DNA from: Octopus bimaculoides
Taxonomy: Eukaryota
Direction of reading: 5' to 3'
DNA length: 64,000 nt
Assembly: GCF_001194135.2 (NCBI RefSeq)
Contig: NC_068996.1
Location: forward strand, 22,315,183-22,379,182
Shown here: piece after piece, positions 53,340 to 64,000 of the stretch
How the letters are laid out: each line of letters opens with the position of its first letter
Numbering within the stretch: the stretch's first letter is position 1
Notes under the pieces: generated by a model
What the model was told of the DNA's origin: nothing
What the model saw: only the letters and a program-made list of their open reading frames with translations
Databases searched by the model: none
Program-made: the position numbers and the translations under genes

Positions 53340-54975
53340 ATATAATGATGACGATATATATATAATTGTTAAAGAGGACAACAAACGTTAAGGCAAGACA
53401 AACATTTCAAGGCATATACATTATTATTAGTGGGAAAATTCAAAGTCTTACAGCTGTTTCTGGCATATCCCAGANNNNNNNNNNNNNNNNNNNNNNNNNN
53501 NNNNNNNNNNNNNNNNNNNNNNNNNNNNNNNNNNNNNNNNNNNNNNNNNNNNNNNNNNNNNNNNNNNNNNNNNNNNNNNNNNNNNNNNNNNNNNNNNNNN
53601 NNNNNNNNNNNNNNNNNNNNNNNNNNNNNNNNNNNNNNNNNNNNNNNNNNNNNNNNNNNNNNNNNNNNNNNNNNNNNNNNNNNNNNNNNNNNNNNNNNNN
53701 NNNNNNNNNNNNNNNNNNNNNNNNNNNNNNNNNNNNNNNNNNNNNNNNNNNNNNNNNNNNNNNNNNNNNNNNNNNNNNNNNNNNNNNNNNNNNNNNNNNN
53801 NNNNNNNNNNNNNNNNNNNNNNNNNNNNNNNNNNNNNNNNNNNNNNNNNNNNNNNNNNNNNNNNNNNNNNNNNNNNNNNNNNNNNNNNNNNNNNNNNNNN
53901 NNNNNNNNNNNNNNNNNNNNNNNNNNNNNNNNNNNNNNNNNNNNNNNNNNNNNNNNNNNNNNNNNNNNNNNNNNNNNNNNNNNNNNNNNNNNNNNNNNNN
54001 NNNNNNNNNNNNNNNNNNNNNNNNNNNNNNNNNNNNNNNNNNNNNNNNNNNNNNNNNNNNNNNNNNNNNNNNNNNNNNNNNNNNNNNNNNNNNNNNNNNA
54101 TCCCAGAGTATGGGATATTTTGTTATCAGATACAAATAGGGAAAATGAGAAGGGTATAGATTAATGAGATGACAACATAGAGGACAGGAGAAAAGCAATA
54201 AGGGGATACAGCTTTCTGATCATGTAGAAGTAAGTCCGTAAGTCCTTAGGTGCAATCCTGTATAAATCCATGTAGGTTAAAGTCCTAATAGTGTAAATAT
54301 CCAAAAATAGACATGAGTATATCAACATATTTACTTAACTTTATATTGTTTTATTTTACTTTATTTTGTTTTTTTTACGTTATCTTCCCTTACCTCCTCC
54401 TCCTCTCCTTATTTACCCTTATATATTTGTTTATTTATTCTCTTGGGTATTTTTGTACACTATATTCTTATATAATTTATCTTATCCTTAATGCCAATCT
54501 TTAATTTCTTCCCTCACTCTCTCTACCTCTCTTTCTATTTATTCATTTTTCTTTCTTGTTACCATTTAATAGCTACCTCCGCTAGCATTCTGTTATTGAA
54601 TGTTGATACATTTGCATCTATTTCTGGATATTTACACAATTAGGACGTTAACGCACCTGGATTTACACAGGATTGCACCTAAGGACTTACAGACTTACTT
54701 CTACATGATCAGAAAGTTGAATTGTGAACTTTTATGCTTCTTTTTTCTTCTCTTTCTGCATCTCCTTATTCCTTTTCTCCTGTCCTCTGTGTCATCATCT
54801 CATTAATCTACACCCTTCTCATTTTCCTTATTTGATGATAGACTATCCCATATTCTGAGATATCCCAGAAACAGCTGTGAGACTTTGGCTTTTTTCAATG
54901 ATAATAACAACGTATATGACTTGAGATGTTAGTCTTGCCTTAATGTTTGTTGTTATCGTTAACAATTATATATCT
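53340..54975. mobile_element. Inverted pair of Penelope pLTR-like repeats (53340-54325 across a gap, and 54600-54975), each with a decayed family 1 hammerhead
   Basis: Arms align as reverse complements over about 370 bp; both carry GAAACAGCTGT(A/G)AGAC. Confidence 0.7.
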
Positions 54976-55121
54976 GGTATATTGGAAATCTACAATGGCT
55001 CCATACCTACCTTCCTGGATATAACCTTGGAGCCCTGGTAATCCATTACAGCATTTATTTAGTGTACCTAGTCATTTAGATCATCTGTGAACTAAACCCC
55101 CATATTTTGTATGTATTCCCT

Positions 55122-55152
55122 CTGTTGAAGAGCGTAGCTCGAAACGTTAAAT
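55122..55152 (+). ncRNA. Hammerhead-like motif, family 2 (core CUGUUGA), stem I disrupted
   Basis: CUGUUGA-A-GAGC gua GCUC-GAAAC-GUU; flanks CCCU/AAAU pair poorly. Confidence 0.4.
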
Positions 55153-55244
55153 TCTTTCTGTATTCTCGAGCGTCAAACTAATACATCCTTTTGTTGTTTA
55201 CACCACCTGTCCTTGTCTGTTGTTGTTTTTTTTCGTATATTCTC

Positions 55245-55329
<85 letters not shown>

Positions 55330-57731
55330 TGTATGTATGTATTTATATAATGCTTACACACTTACATCATGTAATCAATAGGCCAAGAAATGCACTCACT
55401 TATAAATGTTCACATACATCCTGTATATGAAATTAAAATAGTATTAAAATAGCTATCTGCATTTTATATTTAATGTATATACATAGTTGATAGGTAAGTT
55501 ATATACAGGGCTCTTTTAAATTTAATACTGCTTCAACTGTGTATACTGAACTTTTAGTCAGGTGGGTAGTTATTTGAAACACCAGTGACTTTTTTATTCA
55601 CTGTTTTGTATAATCTCCTCTAGACATGTGAATTGAGTACACATTACTGAATAGGCATAACTAGGCTGAAATACATTTGGCATTCTTGTTAACCACTGCC
55701 GGGATGATTTTCATCTTCCTTTTTTTTTTTGAAACATAGCGCAACCATGTGAGATGTTATCTCTGGACAAATACTGTAGTATTTTGCCTGCCTACAGCTA
55801 TGATATATAGATGTTTATGTTCATACACACACACATTCAAATTTAGTTTTATAAGGTAGGAACACCAGCAAAAAATACTATTAGAACATGCAAACCACCC
55901 TCCTGCTACTCTCTCAGATTTATTTCCCATAAGTTGAATTCCTCATCCAAATCATATTTGGCTACTTTCAGCATAATATTTAATGGAGAGCAGTACTTTT
56001 TTCTTCTCTTTCACTTTCTATTTCAAATGAGTATCAATGTTGATGAGATTTGAAACACAGAAGAAAAAACCCAGTTCTTAGTCCTTTTATCCTCATCTGC
56101 TCTGCCACCTTTTTTGGCATAGTATGTATGCAGTAGAAATGTATTTGCTTTTATGGTAGACAAGGGCAACAGCCAGATCAGTTATGCATGCTATAACAGC
56201 TGTATGACATAATTATGCCATTCAGTAATCTGTGGATACTAAATGAATACAAAAAGTACAGAACTGTTATTGTTCATGTATTTTCAGACACATCTGGCTA
56301 ACAGCCATGCTATGTATGTAGATTGTATACAGTACCAACAATGACACCCACTTGTACACTCAGTCCAGGAATTTTGGGAAATTATCCATATTTTTCCAAC
56401 CTAGAAATCTTCTGGATTTTTAGCAAAAGCCATTCAACAAAACATTACAGACACCCAGAATATCTCCAATTTCGTTGTGCATTCCTTTCATTTATCTATT
56501 GTGGGATGCAAGATTAGACATTTTACTGAATGCCTTGCCCAACTAGGAGAGGGTTATGACTACATGGCAGCACTCAACCTCAGTCCATGTTGTAATCAGC
56601 ATTATAGCTCAGTTAAATAGGAAAAAAATGTAGGAAAACATGTCTAATAATGGTCATCGCTATTCATTGTTATAGTATCCTGTGGATACTGTGATTTGAT
56701 GGTTTCAATTCCTAGACTAGCTAGTATTTCTCAAGCAAAATACTTATTGTTATTATTATTATTATTATAGAATCTTTTACTACAGGCCCAAGAGCTGAAA
56801 GTTTGGAGAGGAGCCTAGTCAATTACATTGACTCCAATGTTCAACTGCTACTTATTTTATCAGCCCTGGAAAAAATGAAAGGCAAAGGCAAGCTCAGTGG
56901 AATTTGAACTCAAAGCATTAAGAGCTGGAAGAAATGCCGGTCTAACATGCTTACAATTTAGCCAGCTTGCTGCCTTAATAATAATAAGAATCCTTTCTAC
57001 TATAGGCACAAGGCTTGGAATTTGAGGGAGGGGCATAGTCAATTACATTGACCCCAGTACTTAAGTGGAACTTGTTTTATCGACCCCGAAAGGATGAAAG
57101 GCAAAATCAACCTCAGCAGAATTTGAACTCAGAATGTAAGGACGGATGAAATGCCCAAGCATTTTTCCCAGTATGCTAACGATTCTGTCAGCTCACTGAC
57201 TTAATAATAATAATAATAATAACAACAACAACAATAATTCTTTCTAAATTTGGCATAAAGCCAGCAATCTTGAGGGGAAAATGAAAAGTAATGTTGACTT
57301 GGTGAAGTTAGATCACAGAACATAAAATGCCAGAAGAAATGTCACTAAGCACTTTGTCTGAAATGCTAGTAATTCTGCCAGCTTGCCACTTTAATAATAA
57401 TAGGGATGGTTTCAAATTATAGCACAAGGCCAGGAATTTTGGGGAGGGTAAGTTGATTACATTGACCCCAGTGCTCAACTTGTACTTATCTTATCAACCC
57501 TGAAAGGATGAAAAGCAATGTCAACAATGGCAAAATTGATAATAACAATAATAATAATTGTTGTTGTTGTTATATAGTCATATTCATCATCATCATCATC
57601 ATCGTTATTGTTATTGTTGTTGTTATCATTATTAATATTATTATTATTATTTTTAAAAGGATTAATGTAACTCTTCACAAAGGTAAACAGTCAAGACGAA
57701 GAGCGCGATTCGATTGTAAGATATTTTCTTA

Positions 57732-57770
57732 GAACGATATTTCAACAGTACGTCTGTCTTTGTCAAGTTC
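57732..57770 (-). ncRNA. Minimal type I hammerhead ribozyme with U3:A8 core covariation
   Basis: GAAC-UUGACAA-A-GACAG acgua CUGUU-GAAA-UAU-C-GUUC; about 200 nt 3' of the Penelope ORF stop, same strand. Confidence 0.7.
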
Positions 57771-57970
57771 AAAATAAGAAGTGATAAAAATTCGAAATTA
57801 TAGAAATTTAAACGTAAAGTATGAATGAGAGCAACCAGCGTCCACTCATAGAATGACATCATCAGTTTTTAAGTTACAATTTTATAACAGGCGAAAAGAA
57901 AAAGACAGAAAAAATAGAAAAAAGAAGATGACAGAAAACAAAGGAAATAAAAAGAGAGAAAGAAGAATAT

Positions 57971-59129
57971 TTAATCAAACAGTTTTGTATAAATTTGATG
58001 ATATTCTCCTGTCATCTTACTCATTTCTCCAGGGCGTGATGTTAATAACCTGCAAACATATTTCTCCTCATACATTCTGAGAAGTGAAAGTGGGGTAGAT
58101 TCAGAATATTTTCTGAGAATATGCACTTTCAAATCTTCTTCAAAATTGCAGCCGCTTGAAACAAAATGTTCAGCAAGTTCTGCCGAACTACTGTTATTGT
58201 GCCTGACGCCGAATCTGTGCACATTAAACCTTTTGTTTAATTGTTCTGTTGTACAACCAACATAGATTAAGTTGTGTTTCATGCATTCTGCAGCATACGC
58301 CAAATGGGAATCTTTACATGTTCCCCCTTCTGTATAAATCATAACATTTCTGTTATGGTTTCTGATGGAATTCACTTTACTCATGCTGCACAATGAACAG
58401 GGCTTACCTCTCTTGCAACTGTTCTTTAAGGTACAGCGTGCAGATACTACAATGTTTGTTTTCTTGGAGTCAGATATAGAGGTCAATAATTCTCTTATAT
58501 TCTTATTTCATCTAAAGGCTACAATAGGCGGCTGAGGAAATATCTGTTTGAAGCAAGGATATTTTTTCTCCACATGCTGGTAACTTTTATGCCACACTTT
58601 TGAAATGCCAGCAAAACATCGGTACTAGCTAATCACTAAAGGAATTCTATCATCTATTGTATTGTGTTTGCTAAAATTATGCGCGATCATTTGACTATCT
58701 TTGCTAATCTTAGCTATTTCATTTGCTAGTTCCTTTAATGGTGATTCACTGTAACCACGTTTGACATAATGATATACAAAAGCATTTGCATGTTTCCAGT
58801 AATTCCCTATGTCAGTACAAATCCATTTCATCCTCAAAAATTGGGATTTCAGATTTGACCAAATAAAATGATGCAGATGATTGGAGCAGCAGTGGAGATA
58901 AATGTGGAATGATGTGGGTTGGCAAAATAACTCTGTCACTATTCTGCCTCCAGAAACTTGACTTGTTTTCCAAAAATTCAACGCTAGTTTTTGAAAAACT
59001 AGACGTGTATTTTATGTTAAACTTACAGCCATAGTTTCTAGCATAACAGTCACAGAAATGCAAGAAGTCCATTAAACTATCCTGTGATCCTTCCCAGACA
59101 CAAAATACATCATCAATGAACCGTAACCA
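57971..59129 (-). pseudogene. 5'-truncated Penelope-like element: RT C-terminal half, thumb and GIY-YIG endonuclease, frameshifted
   Basis: WLRFIDDVFCVW; PTSFHIYLHCCSNH...SQFLRMKWIC; AYAAEC...IYVGCTTEQLNKRFNVHR...ELAEHF. Confidence 0.92.
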
Positions 59130-59310
59130 GAGTGCTTTCCGTAGTAGATGGGTTGTACCCAAGAAGGTTATCTTTTGTAGTTCATGGCGATTGGAGTTAC
59201 AAGGACTTGCTTAATATATTTCTCAGCTCCCTTCCTTATCATTCCCAATGCACCAATTACTATTGGTACTATTCCTTTCTTGAGACATTTTGATCTTGTG
59301 GGACAGACAT
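59130..59310 (-). pseudogene. Dong/R4-clade LINE C-terminal fragment
   Basis: VPIVIGALGMIRKGAEKYI and, after one frameshift, HELQKITFLGTTHLLRKAL. Confidence 0.8.
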
Positions 59311-60438
59311 ATCTGTAAGGGACGACCGTGCAAACTCAAAAAAGGAGATATGGTGACGAATGGAAAAACAGAGGACTCCTTTTATTTAAACGCGTCACAC
59401 GGTCGAACACAAAATATGTATATCAAATGATGATATACATGATATGTTATGCGACGATAACATAGATGACCAGTAATGAAAGACCACAACCGTATTAGAT
59501 GAATAACAGAGATATTTATTATGGCGTTAAAGATGTATGTCTGTGTGAGAGTGTGAATGCGACATATAAGAACATAATCAAAGACAGGCCGTCATACAAA
59601 GAAAAGTGTGTATGTGAGTGATACATGTGTGTATGAGAAATATTACAGCAGAGAAAAAGAGAGTCAATAACACGTGANNNNNNNNNNNNNNNNNNNNNNN
59701 NNNNNNNNNNNNNNNNNNNNNNNNNNNNNNNNNNNNNNNNNNNNNNNNNNNNNNNNNNNNNNNNNNNNNNNNNNNNNNNNNNNNNNNNNNNNNNNNNNNN
59801 NNNNNNNNNNNNNNNNNNNNNNNNNNNNNNNNNNNNNNNNNNNNNNNNNNNNNNNNNNNNNNNNNNNNNNNNNNNNNNNNNNNNNNNNNNNNNNNNNNNN
59901 NNNNNNNNNNNNNNNNNNNNNNNNNNNNNNNNNNNNNNNNNNNNNNNNNNNNNNNNNNNNNNNNNNNNNNNNNNNNNNNNNNNNNNNNNNNNNNNNNNNN
60001 NNNNNNNNNNNNNNNNNNNNNNNNNNNNNNNNNNNNNNNNNNNNNNNNNNNNNNNNNNNNNNNNNNNNNNNNNNNNNNNNNNNNNNNNNNNNNNNNNNNN
60101 NNNNNNNNNNNNNNNNNNNNNNNNNNNNNNNNNNNNNNNNNNNNNNNNNNNNNNNNNNNNNNNNNNNNNNNNNNNNNNNNNNNNNNNNNNNNNNNNNNNN
60201 NNNNNNNNNNNNNNNNNNNNNNNNNNNNNNNNNNNNNNNNNNNNNNNNNNNNNNNNNNNNNNNNNNNNNNNNNNNNNNNNNNNNNNNNNNNNNNNNNNNN
60301 NNNNNNNNNNNNNNNNNNNNNGTCGTGTGGTACACGGAACAGTTCTCAAAGAGAAACTGGACCGAGACAAATTTGGTTGCCGAGTTAAAGCTATTTATAA
60401 CAAACTATGGGCTCCCGATGGCTTCAGAATTTTACTCT

Positions 60439-60536
60439 ATCACGTGACCTTATTAGGGGCCGTGATTGGTCAGTTTGCGTTCTGGCGGGAAAGGTTCGAA
60501 GAAGTTGCCGATTCGAATAATGATCAGTCACGTGAT
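60439..60536. promoter_or_regulatory. Promoter-like cluster: two TCACGTGA E-boxes, inverted CCAAT, E2F-like site
   Basis: ATCACGTGAC 60439-60448, GATTGGT 60464-60470, GGCGGGAAA 60484-60492, GTCACGTGAT 60527-60536; CpG-rich. Confidence 0.65.
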
Positions 60537-60591
60537 GACAAGGTTAATGTTTTCCCCTACGTTCGCGTTTGTTTATATTTAAATGAGAAGA

Positions 60592-60621
60592 ATGGCGATA
60601 GCAGTTTTGTATCTAATGGCG
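60592..60621 (+). CDS. Candidate first coding exon (MAIAVLYLMA, or just MA from 60616) ending GCG|gtaggt
   Basis: In-frame ATGs at 60583, 60592 and 60616 before a good donor, just downstream of the promoter cluster. Confidence 0.5.
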
Positions 60622-60701
60622 GTAGGTAGTTTCACTACATATCTATTAACAGACAAGTTTCTCTGTTGTAGTCCTTGATTACAATATCTGGTCAATTGGA
60701 G

Positions 60702-60930
60702 TCAATTTTTACTCACTGTTCCCAGGGCTCCGACAATTATTGGTACTACTACTGCCTTTTTCAGCAACCACAACTGCTTTAACTCCCAAGCTAACCTGTT
60801 ATATCTATTGACTTTTCTTTTTTCCTTGTTGCTTACCTTGTTGTCAGCTGGGCATGCTATATCTATGATCCAGCATTGTTTGCTTTCTTTCTCAATTAAC
60901 ATTATGTCTGGTTTCCTATTTCCTATTATT
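60702..60930 (-). pseudogene. Dong/R4-clade restriction-like endonuclease fragment
   Basis: NRKPDIMLIEKESKQCWIIDIACP...KVNRY..LAWELKQLW...VVPIIVGALG (PD-D motif). Confidence 0.9.
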
Positions 60931-60989
60931 ATCATTATTATTATTATTATCTTTACTATTATTATTATCATCATCATTATTATTATTCA

Positions 60990-61370
60990 TGCTGTGCTTG
61001 AATGTTTTTCATTTAGAATCAATGTCCTTGATACTGGGTCACAACCAGTTTGCTTTAAATATCAACAACCTTTCTTAAAATCCTTGCTGTTCCCAATTGA
61101 GCAGATTTCTAAATCAATGCAACTCTTGTAGTTACACCTATTCCAATAAAGGAGCTTTTAACTCTGATGGTTACGGCACCTAGGGCACCTATAACAACTG
61201 GGATTACTTTTGCAGAAACTCTCTTCAGTCACCATATTTCCCAAGCCAAATCCTGGTATTTTCCTATTTTCTCCTTTTCTTCGACTGCTACATTAATGTC
61301 TGCAGATATAGCCACATCTATGATGGTGCACTCTTTCTTCCCCTTATCATGAACCATAATATCTACTACT
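60990..61370 (-). pseudogene. Second Dong/R4-clade 3' end, including C-terminus and 3' UTR
   Basis: CTIIDVAISADINV...KIGKYQDLAWEIW and KSAQLGTARILRKVVDI*. Confidence 0.85.
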
Positions 61371-62368
61371 ACTACTACAGAGCAGGCTAGCAGAATCGTT
61401 GGCACACTGGACATAGTGCCTAGTGGTATTTCATCCATCTTTTACTTTCTGAGTTTAAATTCCCCCAAGGTCATTTTGCCTTTCATCCTTTTGGGGTTGA
61501 TAAAATAAGTACCAGTTATAATAAATTTATTCTTTCCTTGAACTTGTTGACCTTGTACCAAATTTTGAAATCATTATCATTATTATTATTATTATTGATA
61601 TTATTATTATTGATATTATTATTAAAACGTCCACAAATTACATCTTTACATACTTTACACTCAAATTCCACCAAGGTTGACTTTAATTTTCCATCCTTCC
61701 AGAGTGGATAAAATAAGTACCAGTCAAGCACTGAGTCAATGTTATCAACTTCGCCTTCCCTAAAAAAATAAATAAATAAAAACTACTAGCTTTTGCCAAA
61801 ATTTGAAAGCATTATTTGTATTATTATTATTATTATTATTATTTAAAATTAATCAAAAGACATATCAAGTATGTCCTTTGAGTCATTTTAATCCTTCAGC
61901 TATTTAATGCTTTGGGGTAGGGGCTGCAATCACCTATATCATTGATTCTGTTATTATCATTTTTAAATTGTTACACTAGATGATAATAGGATCAATGATA
62001 TCTTCGCAAGTTATTTTTTCATGAATTATTTTTCTCATGAATTATTTGCTCCATATTAATATCATTATTGTTATTATTATTATTAGGTGGCAAGGTGGCA
62101 GAAACATTAACACACCAGGTAAAATGCTTAGTGGTATTTCATCTGTCTTCACATTCTGAGTTCAACTTCCACTGAGGTCAACTTTGCCTTTCATCCTTTC
62201 ATCCTTTCAGGGTCGATAAAATAGTACAAGTTGGGTTCTATGTAATCAACTTGTTCCCTGCTCCAACCAAAATTGCTAGCCTTGTGCGAAAATTTGAAAT
62301 CATTATTATTATTATTATTACTATTATTATTATCATCATTCATCGTTGTTGTTGTTATTATCCGTATA

Positions 62369-62399
<31 letters not shown>

Positions 62400-63356
62400 N
62401 NNNNNNNNNNNNNNNNNNNNNNNNNNNNNNNNNNNNNNNNNNNNNNNNNNNNNNNNNNNNNNNNNNNNNNNNNNNNNNNNNNNNNNNNNNNNNNNNNNNN
62501 NNNNNNNNNNNNNNNNNNNNNNNNNNNNNNNNNNNNNNNNNNNNNNNNNNNNNNNTGTGTGTGTGTGTGTGTGTGTGTGTGTACGGGAATGTAATTTATG
62601 CACGTCCACAAATTAGCACGCATGTTGCTCCAATTTTAGGAGGACATTCGTCATGACCCTAGCTGCATTTTCGTCAACTTTTTCTCTCAGAGGTACCCGC
62701 GTATAGCTGTAAAAATCGATTTTCAACCATAACTTTTAACAATTTTCAAGTCGGAGAAATCAACCATTGCTTACAACAGGAGTTATGTCCCCTTCTAGCG
62801 ACGAGCAAGTTTTTAAGACTTTTGTTGTTTTTTTTCCATTGAGGAAAAAACTGTTTTGTTGATATACGGGCAACACACACACACACACATAGGAACATGT
62901 ATGTATACAAAAAATATGTATGCAATTCGTATACGTATGTGCGTGTGGGTATGTATGTGTTGCCCATATATATATATACTTAAGACTTCGTTGTGATCTG
63001 AACATAACCGCTTCTGACACAGAGAATCGGGAACCCTTTTGGTCATTCTATTTTCCTTGCTGAAAGGGTTCTTAACCCATGGGCAAAGAGGGGTTAGATG
63101 ATGGCAGTGGTGTTTTCAAAGGGCTGGCATGTGTAACCTGATCACCTCTGCCGATCAAACTCCCAACCCATGCGCTCCAGTTGCAACACTGATTCTGCCC
63201 AAATTTGACGTCGATGTTACTTAGTTTGGTTTGAAATAAAGAACTTGATTAGCTTAATAATCCCAACTTAATCCCGGGCAAAGTGCTGCTTTCTGCAAGT
63301 GTTCCATCCTTATTACAGCCCCTATTTGTTCCATATACTGTTATTATTATTATTAT

Positions 63357-63911
63357 TGAGTGAGAGAGTAGTGCATGCCATCAAAGTGACACTGGGGTAA
63401 AATACATGAAGCCCAGTATACCCATCAAGACTACCCATCTGATAAGGGTACACCAGGCACATGCATCACAACCACATGTGCCTGACATAGTGATCTCATA
63501 TCAAGATAAACAGCACATAACCTTGCAGGTGGGGCCCAGTTAGAATTTTCTTCAGGTCGAGTAGCCCATCCCATTCAAATGGTCCTTAGATAAGGGTTGT
63601 TTAAGGATGTTGAAGGAAACATTCATATTTCCAGAGGTGAATTATTCAAGCCCCAAAGAATTCCTCTCAACACATGGGTGTGATGCTTCCCCACTACTTC
63701 TGCTTGTGATCAGAGATGCACATATCGTCAGCCACCAAGGGTCATGCTCAACTGGTTAAGGTCAAACAACTGACAAGCAAATCTGTGGTATTAAGCAGAA
63801 TATCTGCTGTAGCCCATCTTTTATACCAAGGCAAAACAATGTTCATGATAACACTTCCAATCAGTTAAGATCAGAAGCCATGAGAGCCACTGCCTGGTAC
63901 TGCATCAAGGC

Positions 63912-63922
<11 letters not shown>
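63357..63922. mobile_element. About 560-bp non-coding element embedded in (TTA)n on both sides
   Basis: Sharp transitions into ATT repeats at both ends; no ORF; family assignment not established. Confidence 0.45.
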
Positions 63923-63950
<28 letters not shown>

Positions 63951-63967
63951 TATTATTATCATCATCA

Positions 63968-64000
<33 letters not shown>

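Noticed and set aside
57830-57864. Canonical CTGATGA on the minus strand downstream of Penelope
   Set aside because: The following hairpin is not followed by GAAA, so no hammerhead can be closed.
60327-60629. 100-aa ORF
   Set aside because: Runs through promoter motifs from a gap edge; no recognisable protein features.
1-64000. CRISPR arrays, rRNA, operon-like systems
   Set aside because: Eukaryotic repeat-rich DNA; no regularly spaced repeat-spacer array or rRNA-like sequence seen.

Overview
AT-rich, microsatellite-rich animal genomic DNA with many N gaps. The repeat content (tRNA-SINEs, RTE, CR1/Jockey-type, Dong/R4, Penelope, Helitron, TTAA-MITEs) is what I associate with Octopus draft assemblies; this is inference from repeat content, not a database hit. 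Almost all listed long ORFs are artefacts of N-runs or microsatellites; the real coding remnants in the ORF track are decayed retroelements. Host genes appear only as short spliced exons that I could not assign to known families: (i) a minus-strand gene starting at about 48671 with a run of very small exons (6, 8, 16, 36, 8, 30, 33, 30, 27, 44, 41 nt and more), (ii) a convergent plus-strand gene with frame-consistent exons at 18.3, 24.6 and 24.9 kb, and (iii) a plus-strand first exon behind an E-box/CCAAT/E2F promoter at 60.4-60.6 kb. The most notable signal is a set of minimal type I hammerhead ribozyme motifs with non-canonical cores. One has a compensatory U3:A8 core pair and lies about 200 nt downstream of a Penelope GIY-YIG ORF on the same strand; two other families carry U4C and A6U cores. 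Also seen: an in-frame Dong/R4-Penelope junction and several local inverted duplications. Gene models are hand-derived and need RNA-seq confirmation.
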